This document shows, one piece after another, positions 1 to 13,055 of a DNA stretch of 64,000 nucleotides. This DNA comes from an uncultured Acidobacteriaceae bacterium. Its GTDB lineage: Bacteria > Acidobacteriota > Terriglobia > Terriglobales > Acidobacteriaceae. A program made the position numbers and the translations under genes. The first letter of the stretch is position 1, and the number at the start of each line of letters is the position of its first letter. Below the pieces are notes generated by a model that saw only the letters and a program-made list of their open reading frames with translations, was not told the origin of the DNA and searched no databases. Where the stretch lies: NCBI GenBank assembly GCA_963756685.1, contig CAVWON010000007.1, positions 85,841 through 149,840 of the forward strand, given 5' to 3'.

Positions 1-1584
1 AACAGGCCACATCGCCTACAACGGCTGGGCCGCCAGCATGATGGTCTCGCAGCTCTATCTAGCCGCCGTCTTCATCAAGCTCTTTGGTTTCTCTTTCACC
101 ACCGTTCGCATGAGCACCCTTTTCATCGCCGGGCTGATTGCCTGGGTCGTCCAGCGCACGCTCGTCCGCACCGGCGTCACCGAGCGCAATGCCACCATCG
201 GCACGCTCGCCCTTGTCCTCTCGCCGCTCTACCTTATGCTTTCTGCCACCTTCATGAACGACATCGGCGGTCTCTTTGCCATTGTCCTTTGTCTCTACGG
301 CTGTATCCGGGCCCTCCAGGCATCCACTGATCGCTCCGCCATCGCCTGGCTCTGCTTCGCTGTCGTCACCAACGCCATCTGCGGCACCTCTCGCCAGATC
401 GCCTGGCTTGGCGTGCTAGTCATGGTGCCCTCGACCCTCTGGCTTCTCCGCTTCAAGCGCCGCGTTCTCCTTGCCGGAGCTGCCGCCGCCTTCGCCGGAG
501 CGCTCTTTATCCTCGCCTGCATGCATTGGCTTAAGCTCCAGCCGTACGTTTTCCCCGTACCTCTGGTCGTCAGCCACTTTCCAATAAAAGAAGCCCTCAG
601 GCAGCTCAGCTACATCCTGCTGGAGGTTCCCTTTTCTCCTGCTTCCCATCGTGGCTCTGTTCCTTCCCGAAATCCGCAAGAGCCGGCCCCGCGACATCTT
701 CATCCTCTCGGCGGCGCTGTTGGTATATCTCCTGATGGCTATCCACTATCGCACCCATAGTCAACTCGTTCGCCTTGAGCCAACAGCTGGCGGAAACGGT
801 AGTTGGGTCGGCGTGCATGGGATGTATGAGGGAATTGTTCTTCACGCCCCTCCCCTGTTCCTGGACGTCAAGGCTCAAATTCTGCTGACTGTGTTGTCCG
901 TCGGGGGTGCACTGGCGGTTGTCGCGGTGACCTGTCAAACTGGCCGAACGTTTCCTCCCGAGGGGGCCCCCGCAGGCGTCTCCTGGAAGCAACTCGGGAT
1001 CCTCCTGCTGCCCTTCGAATTGGCGTACACTCTGCTTCTTATCGCCGCTACCGGCACCACGCACATAATCTATGATCGATACGCCCTTGGTCTGCTGGCG
1101 CCAGTCCTGATCTGCCTCGTCCGCCTCTACCAGGAGCGAGTGCACCGTAGCCTGCCTCTTGCCAGCGCTCTATTGGTGGGCGTCATGGCGGTCTACGGTA
1201 TCACCGTCACGCATAATACCTTCGCTGTCAATCGCGCACGCGTGGCGCTCGCCGATGAACTCCAGGCCAACGGCATCCCTGACACCTCCATCGACGGTGG
1301 CTGGGACTACAACTTCGAAGTCGAACTCCGCCACGCCAACCACATCAACAATCCGTGGATCATAAATCCCACAGACGCGTATGTTCCGGTGCCTCCCCCA
1401 CCGCCCGGCAAATGCGAGATGTTCTCGGTACGACAGGCCCCCTCATATCCAACCCCTCTACAGTGTCTCCTTCGATCCCAACGCCTGCTACGGCCTCGCC
1501 TCATTCGCACCCGTCCATTACTCCCGCTGGTTGTCCCGCACCCCCGGCACCCTCTACGTCGTCTACTTCACCTCTGAGCACTAG
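1..1584 (+). CDS. Polytopic membrane protein, GT-C/GT39(ArnT)-like glycosyltransferase; 5' end outside window; frameshifted
   Basis: Overlapping ORFs 38..760, 651..1577 and 1381..1584 form one hydrophobic protein (YNGW..M..Q.Y, FMND, IYDRYAL motifs) broken by indels. Confidence 0.6.
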
Positions 1585-1611
1585 AAAGCCCGGGCTGGTG
1601 GCCCGGGCTTT
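1585..1611. terminator. Bidirectional intrinsic terminator between convergent genes
   Basis: AAAGCCCGGGC-TGGTG-GCCCGGGCTTT perfect hairpin with A/T flanks. Confidence 0.75.
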
Positions 1612-1634
1612 GATGTTTGAAAGCGGAGAATAGC

Positions 1635-2299
1635 TTATGCCGAGGCTTCTTCGGCTCCCGCGGCTTTGGTTTGGGCTACGGTCCAGTCTGCGGCGCCTAC
1701 TTTGAAGCGGGCGAAGCGGCGGACGCTGATGTTTTCGCCGAGCTTGGCGACCTTGGTGGCGATGAGCTGCGCGATGGTCTGCGGTCTGCTCCTTGATGAA
1801 GGGCTGCTCGAGGAGGCAGACCTCTTCGTAGAACTTGCCGAGCTTGCCTTCGAGCATCTTCTCGATGATGTTGGCGGGCTTGCCGGTGGCAGCGGCCTGG
1901 GCGCGGTAGATGTCCTTCTCGCGCTCGAGGTCGGCGGCGGTGACGTCCTCGCGGCTGACGTAGCGCGGGTCGACGGCGGCGATGTGCATGGCGATGTCGC
2001 GGAGCAGCTCCTGGAAGTCGTCGGTGCGGGCGACGAAGTCGGACTCGCAGTTGAGCTCGAGGAGGACGCCGATCTTGCCGCCGGCGTGGATGTAGGTGCC
2101 GACTGCGCCCTCGTTGGTGGTGCGGGAGGCCTTCTTGGCGGCCGAGGCCATGCCACGCTTGCGGAGGACGACGAAGGCGTCTTCCATGTCGCCCTTGGCC
2201 TCCTGGAGGGCCTTGAGGCAGTCGCCCATGGGGGCGCCGGACTTTTCGCGGAGTTCCTTGACGAGTTTTGCGTCGATCTTTACGGCGGTTGTCAGACAT
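1635..2299 (-). CDS. tsf: Elongation factor Ts (short form, about 220 aa); frameshifted
   Basis: [38 protein letters not shown] and [14 protein letters not shown] motifs; lies downstream of rpsB. Confidence 0.96.
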
Positions 2300-2334
2300 T
2301 GTGCATTTCCTTCTGTGTAGGTGGTTGCTGCAAA

Positions 2335-2405
2335 GGGGCGCGGGCTGAAGCCCGCGCCCCATGAAATATCAAGAGGCTGTTACGGCACGGCTAAAGCCGT
2401 GCCCT
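2335..2405. repeat. Pair of REP-like palindromes with GGCT(A/G)AAGCC core
   Basis: GGGGCGCGGGCTGAAGCCCGCGCCCC and GGCACGGCTAAAGCCGTGCC; the same core recurs at 4045-4125 and 34626-34690. Confidence 0.75.
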
Positions 2406-2456
2406 TCCGGTCACGCACTCATGCGGACGAGGCAATGAGAGCCGCGCCGTTGGAGC

Positions 2457-3392
<936 letters not shown>

Positions 3393-3622
3393 TGTGAGCT
3401 CCTTGGTTGAGGCAGCCGGGTGTGAGCCGCCGGTGCCTGGATTGATCCCGTCGTACGGGAGATTTGACTCCTTGCCTCCGATGCGGTGCGGCGTTTGGAG
3501 CGATGCATGCGGGTGCTGCGAGCGGTTGCTGAGCCGAATGCGTCCTGCGACTCCAGTCGCAAACTGTGAGGTGCCCGCTTCGGACTAACGCTGCAACACA
3601 GCAAAGCACTGTGCCAAAGCGC
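3393..3622 (-). promoter_or_regulatory. Putative structured rpsB leader (S2/t44-like autoregulatory RNA)
   Basis: 230-nt intergenic region with hairpins TGCGACTGGAGTCGCA and TCCCGTACGACGGGA, and GAGGCA/TGCCTC pairing next to the RBS; position matches known S2 leaders. Confidence 0.4.
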
Positions 3623-4018
3623 TTAGCGCTTGCTGAACTGGAAGCGAGCGCGAGCGCCCTTCTGGCCGTACTTCTTGCGCTCCTTACCACGCGAGTCGCG
3701 GGTAACGAGGCCTTCTGCCTTGAGCGCCTTGCGGAGCTCGGGGTTGAACACCATGAGGGCGCGGGCGATGCCGAGCTTGACGGCGTCGGCCTGGCCCATG
3801 ACGCCGCCACCCTTGACGGTGGTGATGACGTCGAAGGTCTCGCCGATGTCGGCGATGCCGAGGGACCGCTTGGCGGCTGCGCGCTGCTGGGCGGTGACGA
3901 AGTAGACGTCAAACTCTTTCTTGTTGACGGTGAATTTGCCGCTGCCGGGACGCAGGAAGACGCGCGCGATCGAGGACTTGCGCCGGCCGGTTCCGTAGTA
4001 CTGAATCAGATCTGCCAT
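3623..4018 (-). CDS. rpsI: 30S ribosomal protein S9
   Basis: [15 protein letters not shown]...[19 protein letters not shown]. Confidence 0.99.
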   Translation of the reverse strand: MADLIQYYGTGRRKSSIARVFLRPGSGKFTVNKKEFDVYFVTAQQRAAAKRSLGIADIGETFDVITTVKGGGVMGQADAVKLGIARALMVFNPELRKALKAEGLVTRDSRGKERKKYGQKGARARFQFSKR

Positions 4019-4044
4019 GGTGCTCCTTGAACTTTTGCCTCGGG

Positions 4045-4125
4045 GAGACCCAAGGCTAAAGCCCTGGGCTACCAGCCCCGTCGTTATTTCGTTCCGTAGA
4101 TGTCCGGGCTAAAGCCCGGACCTAC
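4045..4125. repeat. Two GTAG-type REP palindromes
   Basis: Minus strand reads GGTAGCCCAGGGCTTTAGCCTTGGGTC and GGTAGGTCCGGGCTTTAGCCCGGAC; 4045-4073 matches 34662-34690 at 28 of 29 positions. Confidence 0.8.
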
Positions 4126-4141
4126 CTAAAATCTGCTAAAC

Positions 4142-4576
4142 TTAGGCCGACGAGTTCCATCGGCTGAGGCTGCTGGGCGAGGTGCGGATGCTGTGCGCCC
4201 TTGTAGACCTTGAGCTTGGTGGCCATCTGGCGGCCGAGCTTGGACTTGGGAAGCATGCCCTTGACGGCCTGCTCGACGATGGCTTCGGGGCGACGGGCGA
4301 GGAGCTTGATGAAGGACTCTTCGCGGAGACCGCCGGGGAATCCGGTGTAGCGGCGATAGAGCTTCTGGTCAGCCTTCAGGCCGGTGAGGACGATCTTCTC
4401 GGCGTTGATGATGACGACGTGATCGCCCATATCGATGTAGGGGGTGTAGAGGGGGTTGAGCTTGCCGGCGAGAACGAGGCGGCGTGCGTGGCGAGGCGGC
4501 CGAGGGTCTTGCCGCTGGCGTCGAGCACAAACCACTTGCGCTTGATGTCTTTGCCGCTCGGAATGGTGGTGGACAT
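4142..4576 (-). CDS. rplM: 50S ribosomal protein L13; frameshifted
   Basis: [35 protein letters not shown] and [27 protein letters not shown] motifs across two frames. Confidence 0.97.
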
Positions 4577-4906
4577 CGTCTGGTTTACTCCCTGATTCTG
4601 CCGTCTTCATTGTTCGGCGTGGTGCATGAAGAAAATGGTGCCAAGTTGGTGCTGCGTGAAAATCAAAAAGAACGATTGTTCCAGAGCAGGGCGGCGTGGC
4701 GAAGGAAGAGATGGATTCTCTCTTCACAACACGCGGAGAAGTACCGCTTGAACTGGACTACGCACAAACCTATGGGATGGGTGCTTCAGGGGCGGCGATG
4801 GTAAGAGCTGCTCCCCAGTGGATCCATCACGGACGCCTCGGATGCCTGAACTTGCCTGGGAACAATGAAGACACAGACGTACAGACGCGAGACTGCGCGA
4901 GATTCA

Positions 4907-4936
4907 AGGATAGACGACCTTTGGGCCGGAAGTCAA
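4907..4936 (-). promoter_or_regulatory. Putative sigma70 promoter of the rplM operon
   Basis: Minus strand TTGACT-18nt-TATCCT. Confidence 0.5.
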
Positions 4937-4981
4937 CGGCGAACGACGGTTAGCCCGTGGACTTTTGGTAGTCTCAGTCGC

Positions 4982-5854
4982 ATGAGACGGCTGGGCGTTG
5001 ACGTTGGGGCAGGATGGCCACGGGTGCTGGTTGTGGTCTTGCTCAGTCTGTGTGTGGGGGTGGTTTCGGGACAGGCTCCAACTGTGGGGAGTGAAAGTGC
5101 TGATAAGGCAATGGAGGCAGCCGAGACGTTGGTGGGTAAAGCATTGTTTCTACGTGGGTTCTACCTCGCCAATGATTTGAACTTTGATGCAGCGGGGAGG
5201 GTGCAGGGGGAACCCAAGGTGGGCGACTGGACTATGGCGGCGGTGAATGTGCTGAAAGTGTCGCGCAGGGGGGCGGGGGAGATTGAGCTTGATGGGGTGC
5301 GGGTGGCCATTCGGTACAACTCGGACGCTCATGAGTTCCAGCGACATGCTCTGAATGACGAGAGGATGCGGATCCTGGTGAAAGACCCGGGTAAGGTGGA
5401 GCAGTTGGCGGCGGCGTTTGCGACGATTTTTGCCGTTGGGATCGATCCGGGGTTGCAGCGGGCGATGCCGGACTATTGGCGGCACTACTTTGATCCGACG
5501 CTGGCTTGGCCGCAGGACGAGTTGAGTGGGCAGACTATCTATGCGCTGTATGGCGGGGTAGACCAGGCGAAGGACGTGATTGCCCCTAAGGCGGAACATC
5601 GCGCGGAGCCGAAATATACCGATTTTGCGGTGCGGGACAAGGTGCAGGGAACGCTGCAATTGCGATTGGTGGTGGACGCGAGCGGTGTACCGCAGCGGAT
5701 TTCGGTGGCTCGGCCGCTGGGGTATGGGCTCGATGCGAGTGCGGCAGAGGCGATGAGGAGGTGGCGGTTTGCACCGGGGACGAGGGACGGGAATGCGGTC
5801 GTGACAGGGGTTTTGGTGGAGCAGCAGTTTTCGCTGGTGAATGCGCCGCGTTAG
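4982..5854 (+). CDS. Secreted protein with TonB C-terminal domain (energy transducer TonB family)
   Basis: Signal-like N-terminus; EPKYT..A...KVQG...LVVDASG.P....RPLGYGLD..A.EAM..WRF.PG motif. Confidence 0.85.
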   Translation: MRRLGVDVGAGWPRVLVVVLLSLCVGVVSGQAPTVGSESADKAMEAAETLVGKALFLRGFYLANDLNFDAAGRVQGEPKVGDWTMAAVNVLKVSRRGAGEIELDGVRVAIRYNSDAHEFQRHALNDERMRILVKDPGKVEQLAAAFATIFAVGIDPGLQRAMPDYWRHYFDPTLAWPQDELSGQTIYALYGGVDQAKDVIAPKAEHRAEPKYTDFAVRDKVQGTLQLRLVVDASGVPQRISVARPLGYGLDASAAEAMRRWRFAPGTRDGNAVVTGVLVEQQFSLVNAPR

Positions 5855-5859
5855 CTGGG

Positions 5860-7552
5860 CTAGTGTTCGAGCTGGGTGGGGCTGGGTTGCTGGCCGAAGC
5901 TGGTCTGGAGGAGGCGGGGGACGACGGGCTTGCGGTGGCGGCGTGGTGATGGTGCGCCGGGTGTGGCGGGGTCGAGGCGGTAGAGGATAAGGAGATTGCG
6001 CTCGGGGTCGTCGAAGGCGGGAAAAGCAGCGACGCGTTGCAGGTGGTACATGGGGGCGAGGGCGTCCATTTTGTCGTCGTCGACCTGGTTCCAGGCGACA
6101 TACCAGCCGGGGTGGTAGGCCTGGACTCTAACGGCTAGATCCATGGTGCCGAAGTCGTCGCAGATCGAGAGCAGGCCGGTCATGAGAGAGAGGTCGGAGC
6201 CGCTGATGGAGAGGATTAGGGGGTTGTGCGTGCGATCGGCGGAGACGATCTGCCGGATACGGGCGGCGGCCATGGTGAAGGTATAGTCGGGTGTGCGGAC
6301 GTAGTGGAGTGTCTGGCGGGCGTCGGTGAAGGTCAGCACGGCGAGGGCGGCGACTATCGAGGCGATTGCGAGGCGGTGCAGCGAGGTCTGGGTGGCGGTG
6401 CGGGCGCGGGGGCCTGAACTCCAGAAGCTGGAGAAGACTACGGGAACCAACAGGGTGAGGGGAACTGCAATGACCAGGTAGTACCGGGGCTGAAGATTAT
6501 TGTGATAAGCGAGGAAGGCCGCGTAGCCGGCGGCCCATAGGACGAGCGCTGTGACGAGCGGGTCGCTGCGGAAAATTTGAGGGCGAAGAAGGAAGGCGGC
6601 GGCCAGGGCGAGAAGCGCCAGAGGGTAGAGGACGTTGCCAATCCAGAGACCATCGGCGATGGTGGCGGCGATGATGGGGAGGGCGGTGGACGGAGCCATG
6701 CCGGTGTAGGCGTTGGCGCTGAAGAGATAACGGTAGTCGGATAGGAAGTGAGGACGGACGATTAAGAGGTAGTAGCTGATCCAGGCCCCGGCGGCGAGCA
6801 CGGCAGGGGGCACGGCGAGACAGAGGAACGGACGAAGACGGTATTCGGCACGTGCCCAAAGGAGCCAGGCGATCGCGGGGAGGAGAAAGATAGCAGTGGT
6901 CTTGGTGAGGACCATGAGGGGAAGGAGTAGACCGAGAGCCAAGGGGGGCACGATTTGTTTGAGGCGAGTTCGGAGAGGTGAGACTGCTGTTCCCTTCTCC
7001 GGCGGTGTGGCGTAGGAGGCGGCGAGGAGGGCGAGGAGGGTGAAGAGAATGAGGAGAGGCTCGAGAATGGCCATGCGGGTGAAGGCGTAACAGAAGGGGC
7101 TGACGGCAAGAAGAAGTACGGCGATGGCGGGGGCGAGTCCCGCTGCGGGCCTTTGGCCGAGTGGAGCGGAGAGACTTTGCCAGCGGCGGAGGAGGAGATA
7201 GGAGCGTGAGAAGGATGAGGCCGAAGATGGCGACGGTCAGGGCGCGTGCAGCGGCGAGGTTTACGCCGGTGAAGCGGAAGAGGGCCGCTTCGAGCAGGGG
7301 CCAGACGGGAAGGGCCGCGGCGGGGTTGAAGTCTCCTGGGACGTGCCAGTGGCCGCGCTGGAAGTGGCGGATGGCTGCGTCTCCGTACCAGCCTTCGTCG
7401 GTGTACTTGGCCCAGTCCATCCAAGGGGAGTGGTTGGGGAAGTCGGCGTTGAGGTGGAAGGCATGCAGGGCGAGGAAGATAGCGGTGACGAGGAGGAGAA
7501 CGGCCTCGACTGCTTGAAGGACATGGAACGAAATGGAGCGCGGCTGGTTCAT
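5860..7552 (-). CDS. GT-C/ArnT-like membrane glycosyltransferase; frameshifted
   Basis: N-terminal TM helix followed by WAKYTDEGWY acidic motif, LTKTTAIF and QPRYYL; many TM segments; ORFs 6497..7552 and 5860..7074. Confidence 0.7.
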
Positions 7553-7721
7553 TTGCTCAGGGGGTTAAACGCAAGTTGGCACCGAGAGTTCCAGAGTATT
7601 ACAGAAGCGTTGCAGTAGCGACGGAAATGATGGCAATCTCAAGGCTTTTGAGACACGAGACGATCTGCGGGGAGTGTGCTAAGGGGAATGCTATCCTTGT
7701 CCACTCAATCCTTAGCGCAAA

Positions 7722-8753
7722 GTGAGACGAAAGCCAATGATGCAGGGGCCGAAGAGAGTCACAAGTGTTTTGCTGGGCATGGTGATCCTAACGTCGGGGC
7801 ATCAGGATTACTGGTCGTACAGCCAGGATTTCTATAAAGTTCCGAATATCTGGATGGACGTGGTTTGGGGGACGGCAAGCGCGCCGAGCCAGTATCGAAT
7901 CGGTGTCGTCGACACAGCGTATTTTCTGGCCCGGCAGCTTCATTTGGGAATGCGTCATACACTGGCGCTGCTGGACATTATTGCGGCGTTCATCGCGGTC
8001 TTTACGTTGTTCCTGGTGCTTCGTCGGTCGACGGTATACCGGGAATCCAGCTTGGCGGGGCAGTGGGTTGGTGCGGCGAGTTTTGTGATACTCGTCCAGT
8101 TCTACTTTGCGTGGCTACTTTGGTATCAGAAGCCGGAGACGCTTCCTACGGCGGCGATTCTTGCGTTGGCGCTGCTGCTGCTGACGATAAAGCTGCCGCT
8201 GCCTGAGACGGCCGGACAAATTGGGGCGGTCATCGGACTGCTTTTGCTGGCCGTGGCGCAGGGGCTTGTTCGTGCCGACGTGGGGTTTGCCCTGCACGCG
8301 GGAATACTGCTGGTGTGCCTGACACCCGCGGGGAAGGGGTTCGCGCTGCCTCGGAGGGTGCAAGCAGCGACGAGCTTCGTCGCCTTGGTGCTGGTTCTGG
8401 GGATCCAGTATTACCTGATGATGAGGAAGTATCGGCACGCGACCTATGGCGATACTCCCGTGCTGCAGCTGTTCTACAACCTCGGATCACTGCAGGGCTA
8501 CATCCCGTTCGTCCTTTTCATGGCGCCTTTGGTGTGGACCACCGTAATGCTGGCGCGACGGCAGTATCTGGCTGGCTCTGCGGCTACCGCGATGTTCGTG
8601 GCTGCGATCATTTTTATGGGGATGTGGGTAACGGTGGGGAGATCCAAAGAGGTCCGGATCTTCCTGCCGTTCGCTCTGGTGCTGGCACCGCTGACGGTGG
8701 AGTTGGCGATGCAGCGCTTTTTGCCAGACAGCCCGGAGAGTGGGCGCATCTGA
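7722..8753 (+). CDS. Polytopic membrane protein of unknown function (possible GT-C-like)
   Basis: 343-aa hydrophobic ORF with P.QYRIG and EVRIFLPF motifs. Confidence 0.6.
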   Translation: MRRKPMMQGPKRVTSVLLGMVILTSGHQDYWSYSQDFYKVPNIWMDVVWGTASAPSQYRIGVVDTAYFLARQLHLGMRHTLALLDIIAAFIAVFTLFLVLRRSTVYRESSLAGQWVGAASFVILVQFYFAWLLWYQKPETLPTAAILALALLLLTIKLPLPETAGQIGAVIGLLLLAVAQGLVRADVGFALHAGILLVCLTPAGKGFALPRRVQAATSFVALVLVLGIQYYLMMRKYRHATYGDTPVLQLFYNLGSLQGYIPFVLFMAPLVWTTVMLARRQYLAGSAATAMFVAAIIFMGMWVTVGRSKEVRIFLPFALVLAPLTVELAMQRFLPDSPESGRI

Positions 8754-8754
8754 A

Positions 8755-10282
8755 CTAACGGAACATTGGCGCTATTTCTGAAGGGGTCGAGTTGGCGACG
8801 CTTCGACAGACTTCGGGGGCTGCCGACCGCGGCACAGCGAGATAGTGAGGATCGTTCTGGTTCACATTTTTGAAGTCATATTTGGAGCAAACCTGCCAGT
8901 CGTTGATCGGGAGATAGTTGGCAGCGTCGCCGAGACCTCCCAGATCCAAGAACATGAAGTCAGGCCGGGTCGCGAAGCAGGCTGCGAGGCGCTGCCGCGA
9001 GGTAAGGCGGGCCTTGTCTCTTCCATTTACGAGTCCGGCGAGGTCGCAGATATCAGCTTGAGAGAAATAGCCGATGTAACCAATGTCGAAGGCGACCCCG
9101 CGTTTGCCTTCCAAGAGCTCGAGATGATCGGACTTGATTTGCTGCAGCATTGTCGAACGAGAATGCAGCATGGGGTACAGCATTCTGGATTCAAACGGAA
9201 GGGCAAGCAGGAGCGCCACAAGGAAACAGACCGCCAGGGTGTTGTTTTGTGCCTGCAAGCGCTGGCCCTGATGGCCCCGACCTAGTTCGAGGACGTTCCA
9301 AAGGATGGAGAAGAAGAAGGCCCAGACGAAGTAGCGGGCGCCCTGGATCTGCTGGCCCCGCATTGCGGCGAGGGCAAACAAGACAGGAAAGGACAGGTTG
9401 GCGAAGAAGGTCATCGTCGAAAATCGGCGGTCTCGCAGCACAACGTAGATTGTGAGGAGCCAGAGGAGGAACACTCCAACACCAAAGGAGAGCGCCCCGG
9501 CAAGGACCTTTGCGGTTACGTAACTGGCGACGTACCAATTTGCCCCGCCATCGGATTTCGCCAAAGCGGTGTCGGGAAGAAAGAAATGCATCTTGAGGCG
9601 GATAAATGCTATGGCGAGTACGCCGCCGAGCAAAAAATGGCTGCTACTCAGGAGCGCGCTGAGACGCTGATTCGATTTTGGTCCGTGCTGCGAACGCGCT
9701 CCAGGCGAGGATGACGAAGGACAGCCCGCACAAGAGAATGAGTTCAGTGCGCAGGAGAACGGTGAAGAAGCCGAGAATGACAAAGGCGAAATACTGCAGG
9801 CCAGTGGTGGCGGGCCGAGTGGATTGGCGGAAGGTGATCCAGCAGAGTGCGGCGACGAGACAGAGGGCGAGGCCAGTCTCCATGCCGTCGTCGAGCCAAC
9901 GAACGGCGGAGGGCGCGACGAAGATGATCAAGGTGATGAGACCGAGAAGGCGGGCGAGACGGGCCTCGCGAGGTATAGACCGAACGAACAGGAGTACGAG
10001 GCCGGCAACGAGAAGAACATGGACGCAGCTTGAGAGGATGCGGGGAAGGTCCGGCGTGGCGGTGAACGTGCGAAGAGACGAGAGGAGATAGACGTAGAGA
10101 AGACTCGACGCACCATAGTTGGGATGCACGCCGTCGTAGGTGATGAGATGCGTCCGGAAGAGATTGTCGGCGTAGCGGAGATGGATGAAGGCATCGTCCT
10201 GGACGCCGGCCCAGGAGAGGACGATCCATGTCAGAAGCCATAGGCCCAAGACCGGAACCGCCCAACGATACACCTTATCCAT
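8755..10282 (-). CDS. Membrane protein, GT-C-like (DDAFI..RYA.NL type); frameshifted
   Basis: QDDAFIHLRYADNL, DGMETGL and DIGYIGYFS..ICDLAGLVN motifs; ORFs 9644..10294 and 8755..9783. Confidence 0.65.
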
Positions 10283-10347
10283 CGATGGAATCACCTTTCA
10301 AAGTTAGCTGGAAGCGATGGTGTTGAGAGATGCGCGCGGTGCCTGCC

Positions 10348-11452
10348 TCATTCGTAGGCGAGGGCGTCGATGGGATCTTTGCTGGCGGCTTTGAGGGCAG
10401 GGTAGAGCGCTCCGAGGATTGCCCCGACGAAGGCGATGAGGATGGCCTTCCAGACATAGGGAACGTTGATGACGAAGTCGAGGGTGGGAAAGCGGGCCTC
10501 GAGGGCGGCGCTGAGAGCGAAGCTGGCCGCTATACCGAGAACTATGCCGACGAAGGCAAGGACGCTGGTTTCGCGGAGGACGATGCCGACGATGTAGGCG
10601 CGGGAGGCGCCCATGGATTTGAGGATGCCTATCTCGCGGGTGCGCTCCATGACGGCGGTGTACATGGACTGGAAGATAACGAGGAAGCCGATGACGACGG
10701 CGATGCCGATGACGACCTCGCAGGCCGATGTTGAAGCCGGGAAGGCGATCGGCGGGAGTCATGGAGGAGAGATATTCCTCGGTCGGTGACGACGTTGTAG
10801 GTGCTCATGCCGGGGGTGGCGAGAATGGATGCCTTTGCGGACGTCGTCCTGATATTTTGGCGGAGTCTTCGGTGCGGAGATAGAACATGGTGGCCTTGCC
10901 CTCGGTGCCGGTGAGCGCGCCCATGGTATCGATGGGGATGAACTTGCGCCCGCCTTTGCCGTGCTCGACGATTCCACAGATGCGGAACTGGTGGTTGAGG
11001 ATGCTGATGTGGTCGCCGACTTTTTGCCGGCTGCCGGCGTAGTCGTCGAGGATGACGTCGTCAGGGGCCCTGGAATGGGCTGCCGGAGATGAAAGATGAA
11101 GGGCAGGAGGGCGTCGTAGCTCTTGAAGTCGATGCCGTAGATGTTGTCGAGGGAGCTGTTGATCTGGATGTTGACGGGCGCGGCGACGATGACGTGGGGG
11201 ACCTTGGCGAGGACGTCGGCGACTTTGATGGAGGCGCCGGCGGGGCTCATGCCGATGAGATTGTTGGCGGTGCTGGGGCGCACGAACATGTCCATGCCGA
11301 TGCCGTTCTGGCGGGTCTTTGAAGCCGTTGAGCTTGCCCATCAGGATGGCGGTGATGGAGAGGATCATGATGACTTCGATGGCGATGGCGAGGCAGCTGA
11401 TGAGCGAGCGCAGGGGACGATGGACGAGATTGCCGACAACCAGTTTATTCAT
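10348..11452 (-). CDS. ABC transporter permease (MacB/FtsX family); frameshifted
   Basis: NLVHRPLRSLIS N-terminus; MYTAVMERTREIGILKSMGAS...YPALKAASKDPIDALAYE C-terminus. Confidence 0.88.
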
Positions 11453-11529
11453 TCTTGTACCAGTGTACTGGGAGCGGGAGACGGTCATCGGTCAGCGGCC
11501 TCTTCGAGTGGAAGAAGCGACGGGCCGGG

Positions 11530-13055
11530 TCAGGAGGCCTGGGTCGGGTCCGCTTTGGGTGGAGAGGGCATGCGCAGCCGGTTAGGGACGCCTCGGATCG
11601 GCGCGCCTCGGCGAATTTGGATGCCCTCAGGGCCGATGAAGAAGGTCCCAAGGACGGGCATCACATAGGCGCCCACGATTCCCGCGAATACGATGCCGAC
11701 GGCGGTGTAGAAACACATGTAGACGACGGTGCTGATGTCCGCTTCCGGTGCGGCGTGAGCGTAAAGCACAAGGACAAGGAGTCCCCACGGCGATTTGCGG
11801 ACGTCTCCACAGAGAGAGTCGAAGATAAAGAACAGGAGAAACCAGATGGCGGGGGCCAGGAGGAATATTCCGGGCCATCCGATGATGTGGAAGGCAGTTG
11901 CGGTAGAGGAGAAGGAGATTCCTGTGGTCTCGTCTGATTCAGCGAGCAAACCGACCTCGTGAGCGTAGACATTTCCGATAAGGATATTCGGCTTGTCCTT
12001 CCAGATGAAGTGAGGAACGACGTTCTCGAAGCTTGCAACGATCGGATAGAGACCGAAGGTGCCAAATTGCGCCGTGTGATCGATGAGAGCATCGTCGATG
12101 GAGAGCATCTGGAGACGATCAAAGAGGCCCTGAGGACTGTTGTAATAACCGAGGCCCGCTCCTCGTAGGAGTCCGCCGCGAGGTCAAGATATTGCTCGCG
12201 AACATATCCGAGGTTGGATAGAAGATAAAACGAGGTCGCGATGCTGGGTGCGCCGCCTTCCTCTCGAAAGTTTCTACCGTACTGGGCGTAGGGAACCAAA
12301 TATCGAAATAGGAAGATCGTCGCCAGGACACTGCCAGCGAGTTGCCAACGGCTGATTTTGTAGCGCTGGGAGGCAGCGGCAATTACCCAGCAGGCGAAGG
12401 GGGCGAACATGCCCTCTTTTGAGAAACCGAGGACTCCAATGAGAAACATGAGAGAGCCGGATATCAGAATTGGCGGATTGATGCTGCGGGTCCCGCCGCT
12501 GCGACGGATCGAGTTGATGACTCCCAGAATGATCGCCATGGGGTAGAAGCGATTGAGCTGATTGAGCGCGCTGAGGACGGAGCCGCTACCGGCGGGAATC
12601 ACAAAACCGGCCACGCTCATAAGTATCCCGGCGATGAGACAGCCGACAGTGGCCGTTTGCATGTTGGAGTCCGTGACCATCTTTCCCAGTAGGGCGTGCT
12701 TGGTCGCGAATTTCCTGGTGAGGTAGACGGCCACGAACATCATGCACATGCCGAAGAGGTAGACGCTAATCGTCAATAGGGGGGCCAACAGATTGGTGTC
12801 CGCCGCTTCGCCGAGGTAGGCCTTCATGCACAGCCCAAGGATGACTGCGAGGACGGAGTTGAAGAAGACAAAGGCGCCCGAAGTGCGGGTGAATCCGCCG
12901 GCGACGTTGAAGGCAGACGCAGCGACGAGGACGTAAAAAAAGCAGCAGAGGGAAAAGATGGCGTTTGTGCCCTGGAGCAGCTGTACGGCGCAAAGAATCA
13001 CCGCGAAAAAGAAGACGGGAACCATCGGAATGCGTTCGGGAAAAGGTAGGCGCAC
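11530..13055 (-). CDS. Polytopic membrane protein, possible Wzy-like polymerase; frameshifted
   Basis: About 11 TM segments, GFSKEGMF motif and a large periplasmic loop; ORFs 11661..13055 and 11530..12108. Confidence 0.5.
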
